From contig QOPZ01000001.1 in NCBI GenBank assembly GCA_003331885.1, forward strand, positions 20,710-84,709: 64,000 nt of DNA. The letters are read 5' to 3'. Source of the stretch: Cryomorphaceae bacterium. GTDB taxonomy: Bacteria; Bacteroidota; Bacteroidia; Flavobacteriales; Flavobacteriaceae. Position numbers and translations under genes: made by a program. The notes beneath the pieces are model-generated. The model searched no databases. It was not told the DNA's origin and worked only from the letters and a program-made list of their open reading frames with translations. Numbering within the stretch: the stretch's first letter is position 1; each line of letters starts with the position of its first letter. Positions 46,751-55,605 of the stretch are shown here, piece by piece.

Positions 46751-47673
46751 AGCTTAGCAGCAAGTAAATACATCACAGCCATTCTTACTGCAACTCCATT
46801 TTCAACCTGGTCTAAAATAACAGTTTTTCCTGAATCAATTATGTCACTATTCAATTCTACTCCTCTATTAATAGGGCCAGGATGAGTAATAATTATTTCT
46901 TTATCAATTAAATTTAATCGCTTTAAGTCTAAACCATATTGTAAAGCATATTCTCTTGTAGAAGGAAAATAGCTATCTATCATTCTTTCATTTTGTATTC
47001 TTAACATACTTGCTACATCACACCATTTCAAACCTTTTTCAAAACTTGATTCATATTGTATTCCCAAATCATTTATATACTTAGGAATTAAACTTTTAGG
47101 CCCACAAACCTTTACTAAAGCACCTAGTTTTCTATAAATAAATATATTTGATAATGCAACTCTAGAGTGCATAATATCACCTGTTATTAAAATTTTCTTA
47201 CCAATGAAAGAGCCAAATTTCTCCCTCAGTGTAAAGGCATCTAGAAGAGCTTGAGTTGGATGTTCATGACATCCGTCTCCAGCATTTATAATACAAGATT
47301 TTACATTTTTAGACAAAAAGATACTAGCTCCCGGACTTGGATGCCTCATAACAACCATATCAACTTTCATAGAAAGAATGTTGTTGACAGTATCTGTCAA
47401 TGTTTCACCTTTAGTGATTGATGAACCAGATGAGCTAAAATTGATTATATCTGCTGAAAGTCTTTTTTGAGCTAATTCAAATGAAATTTTTGTTCTTGTG
47501 CTATTTTCAAAAAAAAGATTAGCAATTGTAATATCTCTTAAGCTTGGAACTTTTTTAATTTTTCTATTAATAACTTCTTTAAAGTTATCTGCTGTTTCAA
47601 AAATTAAATTTAAATCTTCTTCAGATAAATATTTAATTCCTAATAAGTTAGAAACACTAAGTTTTTTTCCCAT
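46747..47673 (-). CDS. pyrB: Aspartate carbamoyltransferase catalytic subunit
   Basis: ENSTRTKISFE, HPTQALLD and HPGPINRG blocks. I prefer the start at Met15 of the track ORF (MGKKLSVSNLLGIKYL), which still overlaps pyrR by 17 nt. Confidence 0.9.
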   Translation of the reverse strand: MGKKLSVSNLLGIKYLSEEDLNLIFETADNFKEVINRKIKKVPSLRDITIANLFFENSTRTKISFELAQKRLSADIINFSSSGSSITKGETLTDTVNNILSMKVDMVVMRHPSPGASIFLSKNVKSCIINAGDGCHEHPTQALLDAFTLREKFGSFIGKKILITGDIMHSRVALSNIFIYRKLGALVKVCGPKSLIPKYINDLGIQYESSFEKGLKWCDVASMLRIQNERMIDSYFPSTREYALQYGLDLKRLNLIDKEIIITHPGPINRGVELNSDIIDSGKTVILDQVENGVAVRMAVMYLLAAKL

Positions 47674-48220
47674 TTTTCTTATATATATAGACCGCATCCT
47701 CTCCGTCAATTTCATTCCATTTAACAGTAAGTCTTTGGTTATTTATCGAATCAACTTGAATTCCACAATAATCTGGCTGAATTGGCAAATGCCTAGAAAA
47801 CCTTCTATCAATTAAACTCAATAACTCAACCTTATTTGGTCTTCCAAATGATTGTAAAGCAGTTAAAGCAGCTCTTATGCTTCTTCCTGTATATAAAACA
47901 TCATCAATTAGAATAACTGTCTTATTTTCGACAATAAAGTCAATTGAGGTTTTATTAGCGCTCAAAATTTTATTTTTTCTACCGAAATCATCTCTAAAAA
48001 AGGTAACATCTAAAAATCCTAACTTGATATCATCTATACCATAGTTCTTAATTATCAATTCTTTAATTTTTTTTGAAAGGATTTTTCCTCGAGGTTGTAT
48101 TCCAATTAATACAGCTTCAGAAAAGTCGTTGTGATTTTCAAATAGTTGACTTGCTAATCGATTAAGGATTAATGAAAGTTTTGAAGCGTCTAAGATTTTT
48201 TTATTGTTCAACACGCTCAT
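47657..48220 (-). CDS. pyrR: PyrR: pyr-operon regulator / uracil phosphoribosyltransferase
   Basis: 187 aa. PRPP-binding loop VILIDDVLYTGRSIRAAL and the IGIQPRG block. Confidence 0.85.
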   Translation of the reverse strand: MSVLNNKKILDASKLSLILNRLASQLFENHNDFSEAVLIGIQPRGKILSKKIKELIIKNYGIDDIKLGFLDVTFFRDDFGRKNKILSANKTSIDFIVENKTVILIDDVLYTGRSIRAALTALQSFGRPNKVELLSLIDRRFSRHLPIQPDYCGIQVDSINNQRLTVKWNEIDGEDAVYIYKKNGKKT

Positions 48221-48259
48221 TAAAGTGCAAATGTAAACAAATTTTACAAATTCAATTTT

Positions 48260-49507
48260 TTAAATAGTAATTCTTTCAGATATCTTTTTATAATATCCAT
48301 TTTCTAATTTATCTCTAATTGCTAAAAAAGAATCAAGAGTTTCGTTAATATCATCAATATTATGAGTAGCAGTTGGAATAAGTCTTAACAATATAAGTCC
48401 CTTTGGAATTACTGGATAAACAACTATGGAACAGAAAACGCCATATTTCTCTCTTAAGTCCTTAACCAAAACCATGGCTTCAAGCACATCTCCTTTGAGA
48501 AATACAGGTGTAACACAACTTTTTGTGGTTCCAATATCAAAACCTCTTTCAACTAGCCCAGATTGTAGTACTTTTACATTTTTCCAAAGCTTTTCTCTGT
48601 GTTGAGGTTCATTTTTAAGAATTTCAAGACGTTTAATTGCTCCAATTACTAGTTGCATTTGTAAAGATTTTGCAAATACTTGGGATCTCATATTGTATTT
48701 TAAAAACTTTATAACATTTTTTGAACCAGCAACAAAAGCACCAGTTGACGCCAATGATTTAGCAAATGTTGCAAAATATACGTCTATATCATCATTGACA
48801 TCTTGTTCATTTCCAACTCCAGATCCATCATCTCCTAAGGTTCCGAAACCATGCGCATCATCAACTAGAAGTCTAAAATCATATTTTTTCTTAAGCTGAA
48901 CAATTTCCTTAATTTTTCCTTGCTCACCTCTCATGCCAAAAACTCCTTCGGAAATAACTAAGATGCCTCCACCAGTTTTTTCAACTATTTTTTCAGCTCT
49001 TTTAAGATTTTTTTCTAAACTTTCTATATCGTTATGTTGAAATGTAAACCTTTTACCAACATGTAATCTTACACCATCTACTATGCAGGCATGAGAATCA
49101 ATGTCATAAACAATAACATCATTTTTAGTTACTAAGGTTTCAACTATGGACAAAATACCTTGATATCCAAAGTTTAAAACATAGGCACTCTCTTTTGAAA
49201 CAAAAGAGGCTAAATCTTTTTCAAGTTTTTCGTGCATTGATGTATGGCCAGACATCATTCTAGCACCCATTGGGTATGCAGAACCATACAAAGCTGCAGC
49301 ATCTGCATCAGCTTTTCTTACTTCAGGATGATTGGATAACCCTAAATAATCATTTACACTCCAAGTAATCACTTCTTTACCATTAAAGTTCATTCTATTT
49401 GAGATAGGCCCTTCAAGTTTTGGAAAAGCAAAATAGCCCTCTGCAATTGAAGCCCATTTTCCCAAAGGCCCCATATTATTCTCGAATTTTTTAAATAAAT
49501 CTGACAT
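48260..49507 (-). CDS. Alpha-oxoamine synthase family PLP enzyme: serine-palmitoyltransferase-like / candidate cysteate-C-fatty-acyltransferase
   Basis: 415 aa. NDYLGLSNHP, DDAHGFGTLG, and PLP-lysine context ATFAKSLASTG. Distinct from kbl at 4452. Adjacent to a cysteine-synthase-fold gene. Confidence 0.65.
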   Translation of the reverse strand: MSDLFKKFENNMGPLGKWASIAEGYFAFPKLEGPISNRMNFNGKEVITWSVNDYLGLSNHPEVRKADADAAALYGSAYPMGARMMSGHTSMHEKLEKDLASFVSKESAYVLNFGYQGILSIVETLVTKNDVIVYDIDSHACIVDGVRLHVGKRFTFQHNDIESLEKNLKRAEKIVEKTGGGILVISEGVFGMRGEQGKIKEIVQLKKKYDFRLLVDDAHGFGTLGDDGSGVGNEQDVNDDIDVYFATFAKSLASTGAFVAGSKNVIKFLKYNMRSQVFAKSLQMQLVIGAIKRLEILKNEPQHREKLWKNVKVLQSGLVERGFDIGTTKSCVTPVFLKGDVLEAMVLVKDLREKYGVFCSIVVYPVIPKGLILLRLIPTATHNIDDINETLDSFLAIRDKLENGYYKKISERITI

Positions 49508-49509
49508 AT

Positions 49510-50547
49510 TTAACGAATATATTCAATTGATGATTCTTGTTCTTTAGTTTTTTTATCAAAGCCTTGCTCAGTCATCCATTTATCACTAAAAACTTTACTC
49601 ATGTATCTTGATCCATGATCACAAAAAACTGTTACTACAATACTTTCTTTATTAAATGTATTTTTTTTATTCAGTTGTCTAATAGCTTGAATACAAGCAC
49701 CGGATGTATAACCAACGAATAATCCCTCTTTTAATGCAATTTCTCTAGAGGAATGTGCACTATCTTCATCATTAACTTTTTCATAAAAATCAATTTTTGA
49801 AAAATCAGTTGATGTTGGTATTAAATTTTTACCTAAACCTTCAATTCGGTAAGGATAAATTTCATTAGAATCAAATTCACCTGTCTCATGAAACTTTTTT
49901 AATACTGAACCATATGCGTCAACTCCAATGATTTGAATTTTTGGGTTTTTTTCTTTTAAATATCTTGCTACACCTGAAATAGTCCCTCCAGTTCCGCTAC
50001 TAGCAACTAAGTGGGTAATATTTCCATTTGTTTGCTTCCAAATCTCAGGACCAGTTGTTTTATAATGTGCATCAATATTTAATTCATTAAAATATTGATT
50101 GATGTAAAATGAATCTTTAATTTCCTCATTAAGTCTTTTTGCAACTTGATAATAAGATCTTTTGTCATCTGCTGGTACATTAGCAGGACAAACATAGACT
50201 TTAGCACCCATAGATTTCAACATATCAATCTTATCGGGAGATGATTTAGATGAAACAGCTACAATACATTTGTAACCCTTAACCATAGAAACCATTGATA
50301 AACTAAAACCAGTATTACCAGAAGTTGTTTCAATTATAGTAGTGTTTTTATCAATTAAACCTTTCTTTTCAGCAGAATCTATGATATGCAAAGCAATTCT
50401 ATCCTTATTAGATTGACCTGGATTCATAGCCTCATACTTTGCATAATATGAACCTTCAAAGTCTTTAGTAACTTTATTTAATTTAATTAGCGGAGTATTG
50501 CCAATTAAAGAGAGGATATTTTCGTGGGCATTAATCTTTTTTTTCAT
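49510..50547 (-). CDS. Fold-type-II PLP enzyme (cysteine synthase/cystathionine-beta-synthase family), candidate cysteate synthase
   Basis: About 345 aa. IGNTPLIKLNKV, PLP-lysine NPGQSNKDR, and the TSGNTG and SGTGGT loops. No CBS-pair regulatory domain. The start is ATG 50547 or 50553. Confidence 0.65.
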   Translation of the reverse strand: MKKKINAHENILSLIGNTPLIKLNKVTKDFEGSYYAKYEAMNPGQSNKDRIALHIIDSAEKKGLIDKNTTIIETTSGNTGFSLSMVSMVKGYKCIVAVSSKSSPDKIDMLKSMGAKVYVCPANVPADDKRSYYQVAKRLNEEIKDSFYINQYFNELNIDAHYKTTGPEIWKQTNGNITHLVASSGTGGTISGVARYLKEKNPKIQIIGVDAYGSVLKKFHETGEFDSNEIYPYRIEGLGKNLIPTSTDFSKIDFYEKVNDEDSAHSSREIALKEGLFVGYTSGACIQAIRQLNKKNTFNKESIVVTVFCDHGSRYMSKVFSDKWMTEQGFDKKTKEQESSIEYIR

Positions 50548-50612
50548 GCACATTGTTGTATATCACGATGTGCAAAAATACATTAAAAAAACGAATTGGT
50601 TATTTTAATTAC

Positions 50613-51638
50613 TTATAATGAAACATCAGATATTAATTGCAAAAACTTTTCATGATGTGCAGAAGAATAATCAAGGTGAGTAACTAATCTTAACTTATTA
50701 TCACCCATACCGATAAGTTTTACTCCCTTTTTTTGCAAAATTTCAATAAATTTTTCTGATCTATATTGATCTGAAATCTCGAAAATAATAATATTAGTTT
50801 CTACCTTCTCAACCTTCTTTATAAAATATAGTTTTTTTAAAACAGATTCAATTTCCTTAGCTTTTTTATGATCTTCTTCTAACCTTGAAATATTATTTTC
50901 CAATGCATATAATCCACATGCTGCTAGATATCCAGATTGTCTCATTCCTCCTCCCAAAATTTTTCTTATTCTTACAGCTTCATTATAATCTTTTTCATTA
51001 CAAAGCAATAATGAACCAACTGGACATCCTAAACCTTTACTCAAACAAACTGATATTGTGTCGAAAATTTCACCAAAAAAGGAAAAATCTATCCCATTTT
51101 TGACAGATGCATTCCATATTCTTGCACCGTCTAAATGATATTTTAATTTATTCTCTTTGCAAACCAATTGAATTTTTTTTAATTCATTAATATCCCAACA
51201 AGCACCGCCTCCCTTGTTAGTTGTGTTTTCGACACATACAAGTGATGTTTTAGGACTATGATAAAAATCTGGCGGATTTATTGAATTTAAAACATCATTT
51301 GAATCAAAAAAACCTCTTTCTTTATTTATAAGCTTACATGAAACCCCAGAATTAAAACTTACCCCTCCTCCTTCATAATTGTATACATGAGCTGTTTTAC
51401 TACAGATTAACTGATCACCAGGATTTGTATGTATTTTAATTGCCGTTTGGTTTGTCATTGTTCCTGATGGAAAAAAAAGTGCCTTTTCCATTTTAAACAT
51501 TTTAGCAACTTTGTTTTCTAAAGCGTTAACTGTTGGATCTTCCTTGAAAACATCATCTCCTACATTACAACTGTTCATGTAGTTTAACATTTCAAGCGAA
51601 GGTTTAGTTACTGTATCACTAATTAAATTAATTTCCAT
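50613..51638 (-). CDS. ltaE: Low-specificity L-threonine aldolase
   Basis: 341 aa, fold-type-I PLP beta-eliminating-lyase family: DDVFKEDPTVN, FFPSGTMTNQ, and PLP-Lys in SVCLSKGLG. Confidence 0.8.
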   Translation of the reverse strand: MEINLISDTVTKPSLEMLNYMNSCNVGDDVFKEDPTVNALENKVAKMFKMEKALFFPSGTMTNQTAIKIHTNPGDQLICSKTAHVYNYEGGGVSFNSGVSCKLINKERGFFDSNDVLNSINPPDFYHSPKTSLVCVENTTNKGGGACWDINELKKIQLVCKENKLKYHLDGARIWNASVKNGIDFSFFGEIFDTISVCLSKGLGCPVGSLLLCNEKDYNEAVRIRKILGGGMRQSGYLAACGLYALENNISRLEEDHKKAKEIESVLKKLYFIKKVEKVETNIIIFEISDQYRSEKFIEILQKKGVKLIGMGDNKLRLVTHLDYSSAHHEKFLQLISDVSL

Positions 51639-51734
51639 GAATTAAGTTTAGAATAATAATTTTATAATCTGATTTTATAAATATAATTTAAGTAAGATTT
51701 TAAACCAATTAAATTATTTATTTTTATAATAATT

Positions 51735-52824
51735 TTGATTACATCAGAACACATTAAAGATTTAATTGAACGCCTTGGTGCTTTAAGGAGGTATCTTTGA
51801 CCTTGATGAAAAGAAAGAGGAAATCTCTATTTTAGAAAAAGAAACTGTAGAATCTAATTTTTGGAATAATCCCTCTGAAGCACAAATTGTCCTAAAAAAA
51901 ATAAAATCACTTAAAGATTGGGTTGAAAGCTATAATAATGCTCTTTCATTATGTGATGAATTGGAAATAACCTATGAATATTTTAAAAATGAAGAAGTTA
52001 ATGAAAGTGATTTAATAAAGTGCTTTGAAAAAACAAAAGAAAAAATTGAATCAATTGAATTTAAAAACATGCTTTCAAATGAGGGTGATGAAATGTCTGC
52101 AATTTTACAGATAACTGCAGGTGCTGGAGGAACTGAAAGTTGTGACTGGGCTTATATGTTGTGTAGAATGTATCTAATGTGGTGTGAAAAAAGAAACTTC
52201 AAAACTAAAGAGTTAAATGTTGTGGAAGGAGATGTAACTGGGATAAAAACCATAAGTATTGAGATTCAGGGTGAATATGCTTTTGGATGGCTTAAAGGTG
52301 AAAATGGAGTACATAGACTTGTCAGAATTTCCCCTTTTGACAGTAATGCAAAACGGCACACATCTTTTGCCTCAGTTTATATATATCCATTAGTTGATGA
52401 AACTATCAATATTGAAATTAATAATTCGGATTTAGAATGGGAAACAATGAGATCAAGCGGAGCAGGTGGACAAAGTGTAAATAAAATTGAAACTGCTGTT
52501 AGATTGAAACATATTCCTAGTGGGATTGTTGTTGAAAATTCAGAAACTAGATCTCAACTTGATAATAAAAATAAAGCTTTACTTCTGTTAAAATCTCAAC
52601 TTTATGAAATTGAATTAAACAAAAAACTAGAAACTCGAAAAGAGATTGAAGAAAGTAAAAAGAAGATTGAATGGGGTTCCCAGATAAGAAACTATGTTTT
52701 ACACCCATATAAAATGGTGAAAGATGTTAGAACTTCCACAGAAATTGCAGATGCAAACTCTGTTCTTGATGGAAATATTGATCCTTTTCTAAAAACTTTT
52801 TTAATGGATAATGGTAATAAGTAG
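51735..52824 (+). CDS. prfB: Peptide chain release factor 2, requires a programmed +1 frameshift: join(51735..51797, 51799..52824)
   Basis: Frame 0 runs from TTG 51735 as (M)ITSEHIKDLIERLGALRRYL and stops at TGA 51798-51800. The +1 frame is open from 51799 (DLDEKKEEISILEKE...) into the track ORF at 51961. SPF and GGQ motifs are present (RISPFD, SGAGGQSVN). Confidence 0.9.
51786..51801 (+). promoter_or_regulatory. prfB autoregulatory +1 frameshift cassette
   Basis: aggagg (51786-91), tat, CTT (51795-97), TGA (51798-800), c. Same architecture as the E. coli site AGGGGG-UAU-CUU-UGA-C. Confidence 0.9.
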
Positions 52825-52827
52825 AAA

Positions 52828-52992
52828 TTACTTGTTTGAATTTTTATTTTTTCTTTCGCTCAGCCACTCAAAAAAAGATCCTGTTACCCAGTAAGGTATA
52901 ATAAAAGTTAACAATAAAATCATAAGCCAAAAACCTATGGTAACTACTGTCATAAAAATTAAAAAACCTAAATATTGATCGAATTCAAACAT
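52828..52992 (-). CDS. Small hypothetical membrane protein (not in the ORF track)
   Basis: 54 aa: MFEFDQYLGFLIFMTVVTIGFWLMILLLTFIIPYWVTGSFFEWLSERKNKNSNK. One or two hydrophobic helices. It fills the prfB-fumC gap. Confidence 0.35.
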   Translation of the reverse strand: MFEFDQYLGFLIFMTVVTIGFWLMILLLTFIIPYWVTGSFFEWLSERKNKNSNK

Positions 52993-53101
52993 AAAGTGTA
53001 AAGATAAGGATAAGTTTTATACCTAGAAAAAACTATTATAAATAGTTTATGAACAGGTTTTGAACGCTATTTTGTAACTTTGTAATATAAATTTTTGTTC
53101 T

Positions 53102-54493
53102 ATGAAATTCAGAACAGAGTCCGATACTCTTGGAAAAGTGAAGATTCCTATTGATTCTCTATGGGGCCCTCAAACCCAAAGATCAATAAATAATTTTAAT
53201 ATTGGAGCCAAAGGATCTATGCCAATTGAAATAATTCATGCGTATGCTATTTTAAAGAAAGCATGTGCTAAATCTAATTTTGAGTTAGGTGTTTTAGATA
53301 AGAATAAAATGAATCTTATAATTAATGCCTGTCAACAAATTATTGATGGAAAACATGACAAAGAGTTTCCCCTTGTAATTTGGCAAACTGGTTCAGGAAC
53401 ACAAACAAATATGAATCTTAATGAGGTAATTTCTAGTATTGCTCATATAAAAGAAGGTAAAAAGTTAGATGATAATAATAAAACATTAAGATCAAATGAT
53501 GATGTAAATAAATCACAATCATCTAATGATTCATTTCCCACAGCCATGCATATTGCAGCATATAAACTTGTGGTTGAAAAAGCTATTCCATCTATTAATG
53601 ATTTTTATAAAAGTTTGTTAAATAAAGTAAAAGAGTTTGAAAATGATGTTAAAATTGGAAGAACTCACCTAATGGATGCTACTCCCCTAACTTTTGGACA
53701 AGAATTTTCGGGATATGCCTCTCAAGTTAAACATGGCCTTAAATCTCTTGAAAATTCGTTAGATCATTTATCAGAACTTGCAATCGGAGGAACTGCTGTT
53801 GGAACTGGCTTAAATGCCCCAAATGGTTTTGATAAAATTACGGTTAAAAATATTTCAGATGATTGTAATATAAAATTCAAAGTAGCTGAAAATAAATTTG
53901 AAGCTTTAGCTGCTCATGATGCAATTATTGAAACACACTCAGCATTGAAACAAATAGCAATTTCAATTTATAAAATTGCAAATGATATACGTTTGCTTGG
54001 CAGTGGTCCAAGAGCTGGTTTTTCGGAATTGATACTTCCATCAAATGAACCTGGAAGTTCAATAATGCCCGGGAAAATTAATCCAACTCAGTGTGAATCT
54101 ATTTGTATGGTTTGTGCTCAAGTAATTGGAAATGATTACACTATAAGTTTTGCTGGAACACAGGGTCAGCTCGAGTTAAATGTTTATAAACCACTAATGG
54201 CTTCAAAAATAATTGAATCATTAAAGTTGCTCTCCGATGCGATCATAAGTTTTAATAAAAACTGTATTATTGGATTAAAAGTAAATAAGAAAAAAATTAC
54301 TGAGCATTTAAATAATTCATTAATGCTTGTAACGGCTCTTAATAATAAAATTGGTTATTACAAAGCAGCTGAAATTGCTAATAATGCATACAAGAATGGT
54401 ACTACTCTTAAAGAAGAAGCTTTGAAACTAAAATATTTGTCAGAAGATGAATTTGATAAATGGGTTGATCCCAAAAAAATGACTGGTAAATAA
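53102..54493 (+). CDS. fumC: Class II fumarate hydratase
   Basis: 463 aa. Signature GSSIMPGKINP, plus the SSNDSFPTAMH and TGSGTQTNMN blocks. Confidence 0.95.
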   Translation: MKFRTESDTLGKVKIPIDSLWGPQTQRSINNFNIGAKGSMPIEIIHAYAILKKACAKSNFELGVLDKNKMNLIINACQQIIDGKHDKEFPLVIWQTGSGTQTNMNLNEVISSIAHIKEGKKLDDNNKTLRSNDDVNKSQSSNDSFPTAMHIAAYKLVVEKAIPSINDFYKSLLNKVKEFENDVKIGRTHLMDATPLTFGQEFSGYASQVKHGLKSLENSLDHLSELAIGGTAVGTGLNAPNGFDKITVKNISDDCNIKFKVAENKFEALAAHDAIIETHSALKQIAISIYKIANDIRLLGSGPRAGFSELILPSNEPGSSIMPGKINPTQCESICMVCAQVIGNDYTISFAGTQGQLELNVYKPLMASKIIESLKLLSDAIISFNKNCIIGLKVNKKKITEHLNNSLMLVTALNNKIGYYKAAEIANNAYKNGTTLKEEALKLKYLSEDEFDKWVDPKKMTGK

Positions 54494-54673
54494 TTATATT
54501 CTTCCTTTAAGAGCATTAAAAGCCCATCCGATTGTAATAAAACCTAATCCAGCAATTGCAAGCTCTACTAAATATTCAGGATATTTAAATACACCCAAAA
54601 GAACTAATGATGATCCAATTATAAAAAGGATAAATGATGCCCATGCAAAAATTGCATTTTTATTCATTCCCAT
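54494..54673 (-). CDS. Small two-helix membrane protein
   Basis: About 59 aa from ATG 54673 (MGMNKNAIFAWASFILFIIGSSLVLLGVF...LAIAGLGFITIGWAF), 2 nt after the CPBP stop. The track start 54721 would overlap the CPBP gene by 46 nt. Confidence 0.5.
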   Translation of the reverse strand: MGMNKNAIFAWASFILFIIGSSLVLLGVFKYPEYLVELAIAGLGFITIGWAFNALKGRI

Positions 54674-54675
54674 AT

Positions 54676-55605
54676 TTAAATATTTACTTTTCCAAATAAT
54701 TTTTCTTTCCAACCTGACCATTTATATTTTACAGAAAAATGATATATAAGAATAGGAAATATTACTAATGCTGGAAGAATTTGAGAGGTAATATCAGGTT
54801 CTCCAATATATTTATAAATTGAATCAGTTTGTAAAACACTCCAATCAGCAGTAATAAATAATGCTGCCATTAGATTATTAGCATAGTGCCATCCAAGCGC
54901 TAACTCCAGACCCTCATCCATCATAGTTATTAATCCGAGGAAAAAGCCCATAAAAATATATGCAAATATAAATGCATTTCCAAGCTTGTCTATTTCAGGG
55001 TTTGCAAAATGAAGTAATCCAAATAGAATAGATGGAATAGTAAAAGCTAAAAATCGACTTTTTGTTGTTATTCCAATCCCCTGAAGCAAATAACCTCTTA
55101 TCAGATACTCTTCAAAGCTTGTTTGGAGAGGGAGCAAAGTCAAACAAATAATAACAAGGATTAAAAATTGATTCAAATTGAATGTTAACTCATACTCATC
55201 TGGAGATAAAAACAAATCAATTGGCATAAACAAAACTGTAATCCCAACAACTAAAAAGAAAGAATAAAAAATCCTTGAGTAATCAATTTTATCTCGTGAT
55301 GTCGTTAGTGATTTAATACTCTGATTATGTATAAACTTAATAGTCAAATACAAACCTAAACAACCAAAAGCAAACGTCAATAAAAATAAAGCCAATCCAA
55401 TATTTTTGGATGGAAAAACTGAAAAAATAGCCATCATATCATTTGATCCGTCCATCTCTAAATTCTCAAAATCAGCATTTAGAGCAAATCCAACTCCTAA
55501 TGGTATTGCACCAATAATTTGCCAGAATGTGAAAATAATTAAAGGGCCTACAAGGAAATATCTCCACCAATTATTTTTAATATTTTTTGCCTTTTCTATA
55601 AACAT
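54676..55605 (-). CDS. CPBP-family (CAAX-protease-type) intramembrane metalloprotease
   Basis: 309 aa, polytopic. Motif 1 FEEYLIRGY (EExxxR), motif 2 FGLLHF, and a later HYANN block. Confidence 0.8.
   Translation of the reverse strand: MFIEKAKNIKNNWWRYFLVGPLIIFTFWQIIGAIPLGVGFALNADFENLEMDGSNDMMAIFSVFPSKNIGLALFLLTFAFGCLGLYLTIKFIHNQSIKSLTTSRDKIDYSRIFYSFFLVVGITVLFMPIDLFLSPDEYELTFNLNQFLILVIICLTLLPLQTSFEEYLIRGYLLQGIGITTKSRFLAFTIPSILFGLLHFANPEIDKLGNAFIFAYIFMGFFLGLITMMDEGLELALGWHYANNLMAALFITADWSVLQTDSIYKYIGEPDITSQILPALVIFPILIYHFSVKYKWSGWKEKLFGKVNI

Noticed and set aside
47657-47715. Apparent 59-nt overlap between pyrR and pyrB
   Set aside because: It is mostly an artefact of the longest-ORF start. 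Using Met15 (MGKKLSVSNLLGI), which matches PyrB N-termini, reduces it to 17 nt. There is no evidence of frameshifting or fusion.
48221-48259. Looked for a PyrR-binding attenuator (ARUCCAGAGAGGYU-type loop plus terminator/antiterminator) upstream of pyrR-pyrB
   Set aside because: The 39-nt upstream spacer is A/T-rich with no such motif or hairpin, so no regulatory RNA is called. PyrR may act mainly as a UPRTase here, or bind elsewhere.
50547-50574. Inverted repeat tgcacat-N14-atgtgca covering both candidate start codons of the cysteine-synthase-fold gene
   Set aside because: The stem is 7 bp with a large loop and no following T-run on the minus strand. It could occlude the start, but there is no supporting evidence, and it is within chance expectation.
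53031-53047. Perfect 7-bp/3-nt-loop palindrome aactatt-ata-aatagtt upstream of fumC
   Set aside because: It is pure A/T-rich. By rough estimate (pairing probability about 0.29 per position at this composition), about 10 such 7-bp palindromes per loop length are expected by chance in 64 kb. It does not resemble a named operator.
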